The notes under the pieces: generated by a model
Told to the model about the DNA's origin: nothing
The model's input: the letters and a program-made list of their open reading frames with translations, nothing else
Database searches by the model: none
NCBI RefSeq assembly: GCF_963853765.1
Contig: NC_088860.1
Location: 372,001 to 436,000, forward strand
Length of the DNA: 64,000 nt
Direction of reading: 5' to 3'
Origin: Magallana gigas
Lineage: Eukaryota
Translations under genes and position numbers: made by a program
Part shown: positions 14,021 through 27,600 of the stretch, in pieces
Numbering within the stretch: the stretch's first letter is position 1
Layout: each line of letters opens with the position of its first letter

Positions 14021-15259
14021 CTTCATCAGCTATATGTTCATGTCTGTCCTAGCTCTTTCAATCATCCAACTATTTCCCTCTTGTATATGTTTATTGATTG
14101 GATGTTGTATGTACAGTCTAATTGGTAAATAAAGAAATTGAATTGAATTGAAAATAAGCAAGGATCCAGGATTTTTTCCGGCTTGTGGGGTTGTTACTAT
14201 GGGGTTTTTAAACTGTTTGGTTGGAAGGGGGCCCATAACCTTAACTATATATATAATTTACTATATTATGTTTATATTTTTTGATAGCTCTGAGTTGATA
14301 TGAAGGTGACACACTAACGTCACACCCCGCCCCATTCGATCTTAATGTATGATCAATGATGTACAGAATAGAACATTTATTTCTATACTTTAGAGACCAG
14401 AACATGCAAGTATGAATTAAATTATTATTATTACAGGAGAAGAATATTCCAATGAATCGTATAACAATTATTAAAGTATAACAAATGTTATCGTTAATTA
14501 GCAACAATTTTGTAAAAGGAGTACAGTGTATAAAAAGTGTATGACAACTATATAGCATGTTATCATGTAACCTTTCATTATCCTTGGCTTTATTTTTCTT
14601 ATTACATACAGATTACTTAGATAATGATAATGACTTCATTTGATATTGAATTATCACACGTCTGAAATTGCAGACATTGAGTAAAAAAAAAAAATGAAGT
14701 GCAATTTTTTTTCCAATTCAGTTTATTCACTCAAACCATGAAATGGTACATGAGGTCAATCATTATATACAGTTCAAAAGTCAGAGGTATGTTTTATAAA
14801 TGAAAAGATAAATGCGCTTCATCGATATATACGAATTAAATAGGTAACTAATAATTTTAAATTAATATTTTTTAGATGTGAGGTTGGCATGCTAAAAATC
14901 AACGCAGATGAAGTACATACATGGTCGCGGCAGAATATTCTAGTATCTATATATTCCTCCCCAACCTCCCAAAATTTGATTTAACTGTGCGCCAAAGGAA
15001 ATCATGATTATCCTCTTATAAAAGATATACACATGTATCTTTGAAGTAAGGCACCTGGTTTTTTTTTTTTTGGGGGGGGGGGGTTGTTGTTTTCAAAAAA
15101 AAAAAAGTTGTTTTTGGGTTTTTTTTCTTTTTTGTTGTTTTTTTCTGTAATACATATCATGAATGCCCCGATCATGTGATAATGCAGCACATATTGCTGT
15201 TGAGAAGAAACTTTGAAACAGTTGTTCCATTCATTATTTTAGAATTGAGCAAGTGAAAA

Positions 15260-15550
15260 ACAGGCACGTAGCAATTCGTTTTTTAAATTTGGGGGGGGGG
15301 GGGGGGGTGTTGATTCAACCAACCGAAAAATCTTAACAAAGCAAAACAAAAAACAAAAAAAACAGATATGCCTATAAGTTATAACTTTAATTTCTATTTT
15401 CAATTCAATTTTAATTCACATGGTCCCATAAAAGTAAGGGGGGGGGGGCTAGATGTTATTTCATTTTTAATATGTATATTATAGGAAATCCTTGCTGCGC
15501 CAAAAAGTAGGGGAAGGGTGGGGCCTGCCCCCTCCAAGCCCCTCTGATGC
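15260..15550. mobile_element. G-tract-rich non-autonomous element (caggcacgtagca terminus); related partial copy near 52100-52358
   Basis: Starts caggcacgtagca and ends ctgatgcta; the 52358 copy ends gatgatacgtgcctg; both carry poly-G runs. Confidence 0.45.
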
Positions 15551-15599
15551 TAGTTAACAAACAATTAGGCCTATTCCGAATTTTCCCGAATTATCCTAT

Positions 15600-15670
15600 T
15601 TACATACAAAAGTCGGTCAACATCAAGGGCGGTTACTCGAGTAACACAAACGATCGTATGCAAGATGGAG
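15600..15670. promoter_or_regulatory. Bidirectional promoter/5' region shared by CFAP99 (-) and the NDRG-family gene (+), with an RFX X-box-like palindrome
   Basis: CpG-rich patch; perfect palindrome GTTACTCGAGTAAC at 15632-15645; NDRG ATG at 15665; possible CFAP99 5'UTR donor (tttt|gtatgt, minus strand) near 15607 splicing to the acceptor at 12936. Confidence 0.55.
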
Positions 15671-18600
15671 GTAGGCTGCGTCGCGTCTGCGTCTTAAGAA
15701 CATGCAATTTCATAAGCGATAATTTGTTGCAAACAAACGTTCGACGGCTTTTATCTTAGTTTGATGGTCTTCATGTGTATGCTTAATACGTTTAATTATA
15801 TCATTTTACTAGCCATAGGATTAATGCTTAGGAAAAGAAAACCCCGTTAATTTTGTTTTGTTTCATTATTTGCAGCACAGGGAAATATCTGCCCCAAGAG
15901 CGGGGAAATTTAATGTACACATCGAGGTAAGTTCCCATCTTTTTTCAATGATTTTTTTTAATAAGTAAGGTTTTGATTTTATCGAAATAATTTTTGTATA
16001 GTCATTAACAGTAATAGATGGTGGGGGAAGGGGGGTGTCGCGTTTAAAAAAATCGATTTATTTAAAAAGAGCGTCTGCGTCCTTTTCTTTCATGCTATTT
16101 TCTATATTTGGAGTTTTTATTTGTAAGGTTTAAAATGATAAAGAATTCAAAACATTATTTTAGAGGCCTACAGTATGGGGCGCTGGCGCTGGCGCTGCCC
16201 TACTAGGCGCGATGCTATAAATACAAGGTCACCAGCGAGGCGTTTTCTGCAGTTGGAAACGTATTTTCCTCTGTGCATTCAGTAGAGTTGACATTGATTG
16301 AAGGGATTCATTTCAGAAGCAATTTAAAAATAGCTCAGAATAACGGTACAGAGTTAAGTGGACCGTGACACGTGTCACGTGGTTTTGAGATTACTTGCTG
16401 ATTGTAAATAAACAACTCCACATGGAGTTGTTTGTGTCGTAGTGACATAAATGCTTAGTGATGCATGTCGATAACTGTCTACATCGTGTGTACAGATAAT
16501 ATACAATACAAGATTTACATATTTATCAGTGTTTTTGCTGATAAAAGAAAATTTTGAAAGGTTTATACACTATTTTATGAAAGAAAACTGACAAAATATC
16601 TTATAGACATAATTTCATTAGTTTTTTTTATTAATCCAGATATAAAAAAAAATCTTTTACAGGGAGACTTGAAACACAAGCACTTTATAATACTTACAGT
16701 TCATGATTTAGGATGCAACCGTGAGTATTTGTCTAATAATTAATGATCACAGTCATATCAATATTTATTAAAAATGCCTTTCATGTTTCTAGTGTTATCC
16801 AGACCTATAATTGTTTGACCGCTCCACATTTGTTTATCTGTGTCATGTTGAACTAGTTCATAAATATTGCCATAACATTGCTATGCATGTTGGCACTGCT
16901 CCAAAATAAATCGCTGAAAGCAATGTTATTTTTGGTAATGATGGGTTGTGAGTGTGTGGAGGCCTGTCCTCGTGTACTTTAGCTGCAGGTCTGTATCTCC
17001 CGGACTGAAAAAATTTGGATGTACGACCTGGGAGCTACAGTGCTTTCCATAGTAAAAATCTGCAATTTATGGCGCACAAAAAATTGCGCTAGTTTTGGAC
17101 TGATTAACCTTATTTCCAAACACATTCTGTACAAATATTTGTTTCCAAAAAATTCCTCGGATATTTTACTACATATATCATCACTTCACTTGCCTCTGGT
17201 ATTCTTTTAAACACCATCACCAGTCCCTTAAAGTGAAGTGGAGCAGTTTGTTTACACATGAAAATGGTGACTCTCGATCTCGACGTAAATTAATATACTT
17301 CATTTTCCGAGGTCGGTTAGCATGTTTAAGAGAAAGTCTGAGACAAGTAAAGTGATGATATCAGTAGTAAATTTCCTGAAAAATTTAATGGTGTTAACTA
17401 CTTTCACAGAATTTGTTTGCAAATAAGGTTAATATTCCAAATCTAGCGCAATTTTTGTGTAAATTGCAGATTTTTACTATGGGAGGCACTGTAGATCCCA
17501 GGTCATCCATCCGAAATTTTTTCAGACCGGGAGATACAGACCTGCAGCTACATGCACTTGTTCTACAGTCACAATTTAGTTGACAATTGTTCTTATCACC
17601 TGTCTCAGAGAATATCTGGGCTATTTATGTTCAACAAGTTTGACATTAGATAACCAATCGGGATAATTTGCATACGCTAGGAAGAGATTATATTTCATAT
17701 CTGTGAAAAATTAAACTGAAAAAATAATGTTCACAACTTGGTTATAGGTGTATACCAATAAAGCCAATAGCTAGTGTGACGAACATTAAAGAAGCCACCA
17801 GTTCTAAGTAGATTGGTTTTGACACTTGTTGAACATATCTAGGATAACATTATTTGAATAGAGGACGTTTTGTTTATCAGTAGAATTTTATTATGCAAAC
17901 AGTGGTAAAATAAGTGGTCAGTCACCTCATTGTTCAGAACTCAAAGGTAAATTGAGGTCAAACTGTGCAAAACAAGCTGCTAGGTCCAATTATAGGGCAT
18001 ATATTATGAACGATGTATGTAAACTATGTGTGCATGCTTCTATCTAAATGAGGACCAACACAGATTATTTACTTCAAATATATTTACAGTTAAATATCGA
18101 TATCTCGAAGTTCGGGGGACCACGGAAAAACTTCGAGATATCCGGGTGTTCGAGATATCCGAAGTCGAAATTCTTCGACTCCATTAGCGTTTTTGTTTTT
18201 GTCCTGACATGTTAACACAGGAAGTCCTTATATATATATTTATTTATTCACCAATCAAGGGCCCTCAGGGGGCATATACATTAAAAAAAAAAAAATAATA
18301 ATAATATCATGATTATAACAAATAATGAATGAAATATTGCTCACAATGTCCAGGCAACAATATGCAAAATGTTTCATTTATAATACAATGAAATATATGT
18401 ATGGGATTTACACATCAGTGAATACAACAGCTATACAGAAACAAAGTGGCCTGAAAACAGAGAGTACCAAGGGACGGTGCCTGCACAGTCGATTAGACTG
18501 GTCTACTTGTACTCAAAGTGTTCAAGCCAGTATGCTTATACATAACATACCCCCCCCCCCCAACCAAAGTAAATACACTGCATAATATATCTGTATATAT

Positions 18601-21600
18601 AACTATAATCATTATATTCCACCTTTAAGAATCATTTCACTGAGTTGTACAAGTACTTGTAGATCTTCAGTTGTCATAAGCCAGTAAAATTTTTGGTTAT
18701 TGTCCATATATTGAAAATTTTTACAAGAGTCATTAGCTAATTTGTACAGAGTATCTCTTAATGCCTTATTATGATCACATGAGAATAAAAAATGTTTTTC
18801 ATCATCCACTGATTTGACATTACATCTATTACAGTATCTTTCTTGTCGTGGAATGTCTTGATATCGTCCTCTTTCAATATTAAGTCTATGAGCGGAAATG
18901 CGAAAACGAGTTAAACTTCTCCTCTGCTCAAAATTTTTAAGTAATCTTAGGTAGTTCTCTTGGCCAAAATTTTGCTTAAAAGTGCTGTAGCAACTTAGTT
19001 TTTTGTCAGCGTGTATAGTGAATTTAGAATTCCATTCTTTAATAAAATATTTAAATAGATAGTCTCTAAGTGCTCTTTTGAATTTTTGTTTTGTTACTGA
19101 CAGTAAATTGTTTGTGCCATCAATGCTGTTAGTTAAAAAATGAATTGAGCCATACCAGGAGGGAGTATTTTGTTGAAACAACTGTTTTGATTCACAATAA
19201 GCATTATACAAAAGTGGAAATGATTGACTTTGATTCTCAAGTCTGTACCAATAACTTAACATAGATCTTATGATATCAAAATGTAAGGGGAATCTTCCCA
19301 ATTCAGATAGAACAGCAAAGTTTGTTGCAGATTTATGTACACCAAGTATCGATTTGCAAAACTTAAGATGCAATTTGTCACAAAGTGTGCTGGAATAAAT
19401 TTTGTCCATTGTACAACCAGGGTGAATTTTTTTAGCAAATGGATTAAAATACCCCCAAATTTCTGCTCCGTACATTAAAATAGGTTTAATAGTATGATCA
19501 AAAATATAAATTGTGGTTTTGATGTCTGGATTCATAGAAATAAAGTCCTTTTTGAGTTTGAAAAATGATTTTAAGGCTTTTTGATAAAGCTGCTTTTGAG
19601 CAAAGGAGAATGAGCCTGAGGAACAAAATGACACACCTAAGTATTTGTATTCAGAGACACATTCAAGTTCAACATCAGCAAAGTTAAATTTGGATTTAGA
19701 GAGCCTGCCTGCTTTATTGAAAACTATTATCTTGGTTTTGGATGTATTAATATTGAGACACCAATCATTGCAGTATTTTTGCAAGATATTAAGCTTTTGT
19801 TGCAAACCATCTGCTGATGAAGATAATAAAATTATATCGTCCGCATACATCAAGCAATTGATTGGATTTGAGTTTAAAAACACAGGATCAGCAGACAAGT
19901 GCAAGTATTTCGGGAGATCATTAATGAAAATTTTAAATAAGTTGGGACTAAGATTGTCACCCTGTTTTACACCCATTTTTATTGGGAAAAAGTCTGTGAT
20001 GTTATGTTCTAGTTTGATACAAGATTTGCTTGATGAATACATACTTTTGATAGTGTTATAAAAGTTTGTTCCTACACCAATTTTGAGGAGTTTAATTTTA
20101 ATTCCTGTATGAATGACTGTGTCAAAAGCTTTTTGAAAATCAACAAAACAGGCATACACTCTACCATCCTTAGTACTACAATACTTATCAATAATAGTCT
20201 TAAGAATATACATATGATCTGACGTTCTTGCTTTTCTTGTAAATCCAATCTGACAGTCGTCAATAATGTGATACTTTTCCAAAAATTTATCTAGCCGAAT
20301 ATCCAATATTTTATTAAAGAGCTTCCCAATTGCATTTGTAACAGTAATGCCTCTATAATTATTTGGGTCAGAAATATCATTACTTTTGTGGATAGGTGTA
20401 ATGTAACCTGAAGACCAAAGTTTGGGATAATATCCGAAAGTAAGACAGCCATTAAATAACTTGTGTAGAGATGGTAATAAAACAGTTTGACCACATTTAA
20501 TCATGTAGTTAGAGATATTGTCTAAACCAGGAGCTTTCCCACTTTTTAGTTTTGAAATAGCATTTGATATTTCAGCTATCGATATGTGACTGTCAAGTTC
20601 AGTGAAACATTTTTCTTTTTCCAGTTCTGTAAGGATATTTTCTAGTTGTATTAAGCGTTGGGTGAACTTGGGTTTTGGTATGTTTAAATTTTGGAAGTGG
20701 GAGACCCAAGTTGGTGGGTCAACTGCTTCTGAGACATTATCTCTTTCAATACCTCGTAGCTTGTCAATTAATTTCCAATAAGATCTAGGATTTTCTTCAT
20801 GTAGTGTTTCCAACTTTTTAAGAATGGATTGCTTGTACTGACGACATTTGTATTTTCTTGACTTTGTATATTCTCTGTATAGTTTATAAAAGTGATTTTT
20901 CACGGAGGGGTCTTTAGGATATTTTGAGTAAATCTTTCCATAGTTAAGTAAATTTCTCCTCATGGAAATCAAATCAGAATCAAACCATTTTTGACCTTTT
21001 TTCTTTGTCTTGCGAGTAATTTTGCATTTTTTTAAAGATTTGTCAGCAATATATGCACTATAATTTGTCAGCAATATATGCACTATAATTTGAGAACCGG
21101 TATGAATGGAAAAAAAGACGGAATATTGAAACGATGTTTTATTTATAGACATTTATAGACATTGCACATATACACTTAAATAAGAATTTATATGAAACGT
21201 TACAATTATTTTAAATAACAGTTAATCAAACATACAAGCATAATGTACATGTATACAACTTTTCAGAATATAAATCATGCATCGATATCGATTATACGAT
21301 AATTTACGCTGCGCTATTTGGTAATTTAGTGAACTTGTTTGCTTTATAAGTAGCGTGCATCATTATTCATATTATCGGTAATGTTAGGGGTGCTTACTTT
21401 TGGGAGCTGTGAACTTGTTTGTTTTATCAATCACCGGAGTATATACCCAAGCTGTTATAACAATTACCGTGTCATCGATAGCTGCACTGGCTAAGCGTGG
21501 AGTTAATAGTCTATCAGTCTTGAGAAAAGGTGTGAATTGCCGCGGGCGAGAATAACGAGGAAATGACATGCGGGGTGCGATTAGCAGACCGGAAAATTGA

Positions 21601-24600
21601 CTTCACTTCGAGATAACCCAGGTAAAATTTGTTATTGGGACCGTAAACATACTTCGACATAAGCGGGGTATTCGAGATAACCGTATTCGAGATATCAGTA
21701 GTTTTTTAAATCATATATATAGGGAAAACGGCCGGGACCGGCGGCCGACTTCGACATAACCGGGGTATTCGAGATATCCCATGTTCGAGATACCGATATT
21801 TACCTGTATATTATCTTTGAAATAGACAAATTCTCTTGTCATTTATGTGATGAAAGTTATTACCTTATAAAAGAATTTGTTTAAATGATAAAATATTTGA
21901 TTCTTTAAGAGCCAAAAAATGAGACCAAACAGCTTTAGTGAAACCTGTTAAACTTCGCGTTCCTAAATTGTTGTCCCAACTGTTATGCTTAAATCCACCA
22001 CTTGACCAATTTTCAACCATATGATATATACTATGATATCACAGTAAGTGATGCTGAGCGGGGTAAACGGCTGTATTTGCATTGAAAAGATAATAGATAG
22101 TGGAACTATTTTGTAGGAAATTAATCAACAAATGCAATCTAAAATCTAATAAGGCTTTCTGACTACAGTTTCAGCACAAACTTAAGAATGTTTGCACACA
22201 CATCAGTTTAACTTTCAAGGATGCACCACATAGAACAGTCCGCTATGGGTCATTTTATACGTATGCCCCACATGGTGCATTGTGGAACACCTTCCCGGGC
22301 CCTGTAATATATTGAAACACATGTTAATATAAAAAAAATCATTATTATCTAAGCCCCATACACTTGTGAGGTCAATGATGAAAGATCTTGCATTAAATTC
22401 TGACAAAATGCATTTTCCAGTGTGTTATTTTATTATTTGATATATTGTATTTGTCAATGACAAATTCTGTCATATTGTACCGTGTTCCTTTTCATATATT
22501 TGAGTTAAATGAATTATTGTATCAAAGCCAAGGTTGTAGTGCATGCCAGTCCATGGACAAAACAATTGTTCCCAAAGGTCACAATGACACAAGGTCAGAT
22601 TTTTGGTAAAAGGTCATAATGACACAAGGTCATATTGTTGGTAAAAGGTCACAATGACACAAGGTCAAAATTTGGTAAAAGGTCTTAATGACACAAGGTC
22701 AAATTTTTGGTAAAAGGTCACAATGATACAAAGTTGAATTTTTGGTAGATTTAGTCACAGAGGTGTTCAGGGTAATTTCAGTTTGCTGTTCAACGTTTTC
22801 ACAATGCATCAATCATGAGTAAGGGCCATGTTTTGACACATGTCTGAAATATTTAGTTCTCCCTTTTTTTCCGAGTGAGTGTCTGAGTGAAATCAGTCTG
22901 TTAATCTGACATTGAACTCTTATTTACTGATATAAATCATTGCTTTAGAACACAATAAAATTATAATAGCTGTGATAAGTGTATTATGCTGTAAGTGAAT
23001 TTTGTTGGAGAGCCGCATAAATACAATGGAATATTCGCTCTTTTTCACCTTATGAATAGTTTATCTTTTCTAAAAAATGTTAAGGATTTATGAAATAAAA
23101 TACTTAAATTAATGAAGATATTAACTTCCAGATACAATGTGGAAGAGCTTTCTTCAGCACCCTTCTATGGCGGAGATCAACAAAAGGGCTGCCTACATCC
23201 ATGTGGATATTCCCGGACAGGAGGATAATGCTCCAGATCTGCCAGCAGAGTATGTATAACACTATCAGTAGTTCCACAGTTTGCATAGCAAGGCACTGCC
23301 AGTGGCTTCATAGTATGGTAAAGTGAGGCACTGCCATAACCTTCATAGTATAGTATAGCAAGACACTGCCAGTGGCTTCATAGTATGGTAAAGTGAGGCA
23401 CTGCAATAACCTTCATGGTATAGTATAGCAAGGCACAGCCAGTAGCTTCATAGTAAAGTATAGTGAGGCACTGCCATAACCTTCATAGTATAGTATAGCA
23501 AGACACTTCCAGTAGCTTCATAGTAAAGTATAGTGAGGCACTGCCATAACCTTCATAGTATAGTATAGCAATGCACAGCCAGTAGCTTCATAGTAAAGTA
23601 TAGTGAGGCACTGCCATAACCTTCATAGTATAGTATAGCAATGCACAGCCAGTAGCTTCATAGTATAGTAAAGTATAGTGAGGCACTGCCATAACCTTCA
23701 TAGTATAGTATAGCAATGCACAGCCAGTAGCTTCATAGTTAAGTATAGTGAGGCACTGCCATAACCTTCATAGTATAGTATAGCAATGCACAGCCAGTAG
23801 CTTCATAGTATAGTATAGCATGGCACTGCCAGTAGCTTCATAGTATGGACATAATGGTATAGTGAGCACTGTCATAACCTTCATAGTAAAGTATAGCAAG
23901 GCGCTGCCAGTGGCTTCATAGTATGTTATAGTGAGGCACTGCCATAACCATCATAGTATAGTAGAGCAAGGCACTGCCAGTGGCTTCATAGTATGGTATA
24001 GTGAGGCACTGCAATAACCTTCGTAGTATAGTATAGCAAGGCACTGCCAGTGGCTTCATAGTATGGTATAGTGAGGCACTGCCATAACCTTCTTAGTATA
24101 GTATAGCAAGGCACTGCCAGTATCTTCATATTATAGTATAGCAAGGCACTTCCAGTAGCTTCATAGTATAGCAAGGCACAGCCAGTAGCTTCATAGTATA
24201 GTATAGCAAGGCACTGCCAGTAGCTTCATAGTGTATATAGCAAAGCACTTCCAGTAGCTTCTTAGTTTGTATAGCAAGGCACTGGCAGTAGCTTCGTTGT
24301 ATTGTATAGCAAGGCACTGGCAGTAGCTTCGTTGTATTGTATAGCAAGGCACTGCCAGTAGCTTCAGAATGTTTAACAAACTATACAAAGCACTGCTAAT
24401 AGCTCTGCAGTATGTATAGCAAGGCACTGTCAGTGTCTCCACAAAATAGTATAGCAAAACACTGCTGGTAGCTCGTGAGTTTGTGTAGCAAATTATTGCT
24501 AGTAGCTTCACAGAGTAAAGTAAAAACAAATCACTGTCTAAGTATAGCAAAATACTGCTAGTAGCTTCAATATGTATAGCAAAATACTGCTAGTAGCTAC

Positions 24601-27600
24601 ACAGTTTTTATAGCAAAACACTGCCAGTAGCTCCACAGAATATATAGCAAAATACTGTCAGTAGTTTTGCAGTATATATAGCAAAATACTGCTAGTAGCT
24701 CCATAGTATGTATAGCAAAACACTGCCAGTAGCTCCACAGTATAGTAATAGTAGTAAAACACTACCAGTAGTTTGTTGAATTGTGGAGAATATTTTAGGG
24801 CACCAAAATAACAGCAATTTTTGCAGCTTACTACATGTTATTAACAAATTAATATACTGAGTAATGTTAGTGGGGAGCAAACCAGGCCAAAATTTAAAAT
24901 TGAGTTGTTTGATGTAATCCAACTGACCCCTTCCCAATAATCTTTTTAAGCAGTATGAATCTGATTTTTTTAATTGATTGTCCATTTTATATTAAAACAC
25001 AGGATATGATTTTGAATCAATAAAAATTGAATTTGTTTAGCTTTCTCAGTATAGAGAAAAATATTTTGTTTATCAGATTATCAATGTGGAAGAAAGAGAA
25101 GGAATTACCTACCACCCCACCATGAAAAATTAGGGTCAGGGTTCATCAAACATAAATTATTAATACTGGCCCCATCCATTATGCTTAAAGGTGTATATTT
25201 TAGCTGTTTGACCATGCAGCTCATAGGGCTAATGGTAAATGGTTTTGTATCAATTGATCAATGAAGAAAATGCCATAAATAGAATTTCAGTGCATCTTTC
25301 AAAATTAATATATTCCTTATTGATTACTTAATAAAACAGCAGCAATTTGAAGCAGAGAATATCCTTCAATTATATTCAGCTTTCCCGATCCCTGAATGAC
25401 AGCAAGTACTGTTTCCTGATCAGGAAAAATAATTCATGTGATAATAATTTGTCTTCCTAAGAGGAGTATGGAGGATCAATACAAAATACATTTGTTGTCC
25501 TGCTCTCGCATAAGACCACAGCACGGTGTAGTATAAATAGTCAGAGTCGCGTCATACCTCAGAACTAATACTGGTGCCAAGAAAGTCAATTTGTTTTTAT
25601 GTTCAGCGGATTGTTCACTGTCTTTAGTAATGCCATTTTAAAAATAGTCTGCATAAGAGATTGATTTCCTTTTATTGAACAAATCTTGCCTCTACCAGAT
25701 TATTTGTTGAGAGAGCAGCAGCAAGGTGTTTGGTTTTAGAATAAGGATCAACATCATGAAAAATTCAGTAGAAAAATCATTGCTTTATACTACATGATAT
25801 AACCTATAAAGCAAACGGAATCACCCAGAACCTTATGTTGTAACACTTTTTTCTACTAGCAATTATAAAAAAGGAGAGATTTATTGCACAGACACCAGGT
25901 GAATAATATTCTGTTGAATGTTAATGCTTGTTACAAATCTTTTTTGTTAACTAGGCACCCCCCTCGGCGTGGTGCTGGGAACTCTCTCTGGTAATGCCCC
26001 TCACACTGAGGGACATCAATGTTGTGTTGTACAGGGGTGGATCATTGACTGTAGGGCATGTATTTGTCTCTATCTGAATGTATCCACAAGGAGACCCACC
26101 CCTGCTAGTTGTCAGTGATAGTTGTCAGTGAGAGTTGTCAGTGAGAGTTGTCAGTGATTGTTATGATTGTCAGTGTGACTGCCAGACCACTAGCATATTC
26201 TGACCATGTTGTGTGCAAGTTTATCTGTGTGGACTGTTGTTTTTTACCCTCACATCTGTTGAGCAATCTGTTTTCTACCTGTATTCGTGTTGTATGCAGT
26301 TATCGTAATTCATGTTGACTTGCAAATTAATGCATTCATTAGGACTCCTATACATCATGCATGGTTGTCAAGAGATGCCTCTGTGATTCTAACCTGAATA
26401 CAGATGAAGAAAAAAGAACAAAATGTCAGCATTACTAACTAAAGCATGAATTATTTGCTTTCTAGAATCTTAATCATAAAGTTAACCAGATTAAACGTTT
26501 GGCTATTGTTGGCAGTTATGCTATCTGACATTTTAAATTGTTTAATGCCCATATGTTTAGCACATTGAACTCATTCGATTTTCCTACCAGACCTGGATAG
26601 ACAATGGCCTCAAAATTCACCAGGGCTTGGCTTGCCTACTAATCTCTAATGTATTCAATACATGTTGTTTAACTATATGTAACCATGTATATAACTTACT
26701 CTGTTGTCTTGGTGTTTGGAGCTTTGGAAGTGTATTATAAGTTGTTCTGTCTCACTGTGATGCATAATTCTCTCCTAATGAGTATTCATTGATATTTGTA
26801 AACATCAGTTTTCAGTATATATCTATAGAAGTAAGAGGGAATACTTGATTAGACTGAGGGTTGTTACTTTGATACCGTAGCCTGAACATTGCTGTATGGC
26901 GCTATGTAAATAGTGGAGGCAACAATCCATTCCACTGTAGACTCGTGTGAAAGCTTAGGACAGCCTTAAGTCTACTTATTTTGTCTCAGCAAATGTGTTA
27001 CAATATAGCCCTCCCATTACACACCTGTTGAAATACATGGATAAAGTTTTGTGTCTTGTTAAACATTTCTCTGATTAAGACGTTGTAATCTCGTGAAAGC
27101 CATCTCTGTGCAAGGTCATCAATGCACAACGATCTCAAAAAATACAATAAACTCTCAACCTGGCATCGGTTAAAGATAAGGTGAAACTTGAAAGCCTTTG
27201 ATACCTGAAATGTCAGGAAAATCTCCTGCTGTTCTGAGAATAAAAACAACACTTTAGATTGTTCATTGTCAAATAGCAGATGTTCTAGCATACAGTAGTT
27301 CATTCAGAGTGTTATAAATCCATGGAATGTTCAAAAGTCTGTTGTATTATTTTTCATGCTTTAAGGAGAAAATTTGACATGTTTTTCCTAAATTCTTTAA
27401 AAAGAATGAACCCTATATATACTTCATAGAGATCATATGAAGAGATATATATATAATTGTTATCTCTATATATTTACATTAAAAATTCATAACACCTAAC
27501 ATATTATTAGTTTAAAAGCTCAAACTCTATCGGATTCCTCTAATTATTTTCTTCTTTATCTGAGCAATCTCATCTTTCATTATTATTATTAGATAAGGTC

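Larger units (their letters stand above)
18087..21806. mobile_element. Tc1/mariner-type MITE (CAG termini, TA TSD) split by the LINE insertion
   Basis: Left end TA|CAGTTAAATATCGATATCTCGAA and right-end reverse complement TA|CAGGTAAATATCGGTATCTCGAA. Same TCGAGATA-rich family as 9998-10175. Confidence 0.75.

Noticed and set aside
14010-14030. CTGATGA match on the minus strand as a possible further hammerhead (also other CTGATGA hits)
   Set aside because: No stem II followed by GAAA at the correct spacing.
19645-20494. Short ORFs overlapping the LINE
   Set aside because: Antisense or alternate-frame shadows of the RT ORF.
23986-24985. ORFs with LAVPCYT repeats
   Set aside because: Minisatellite translations.
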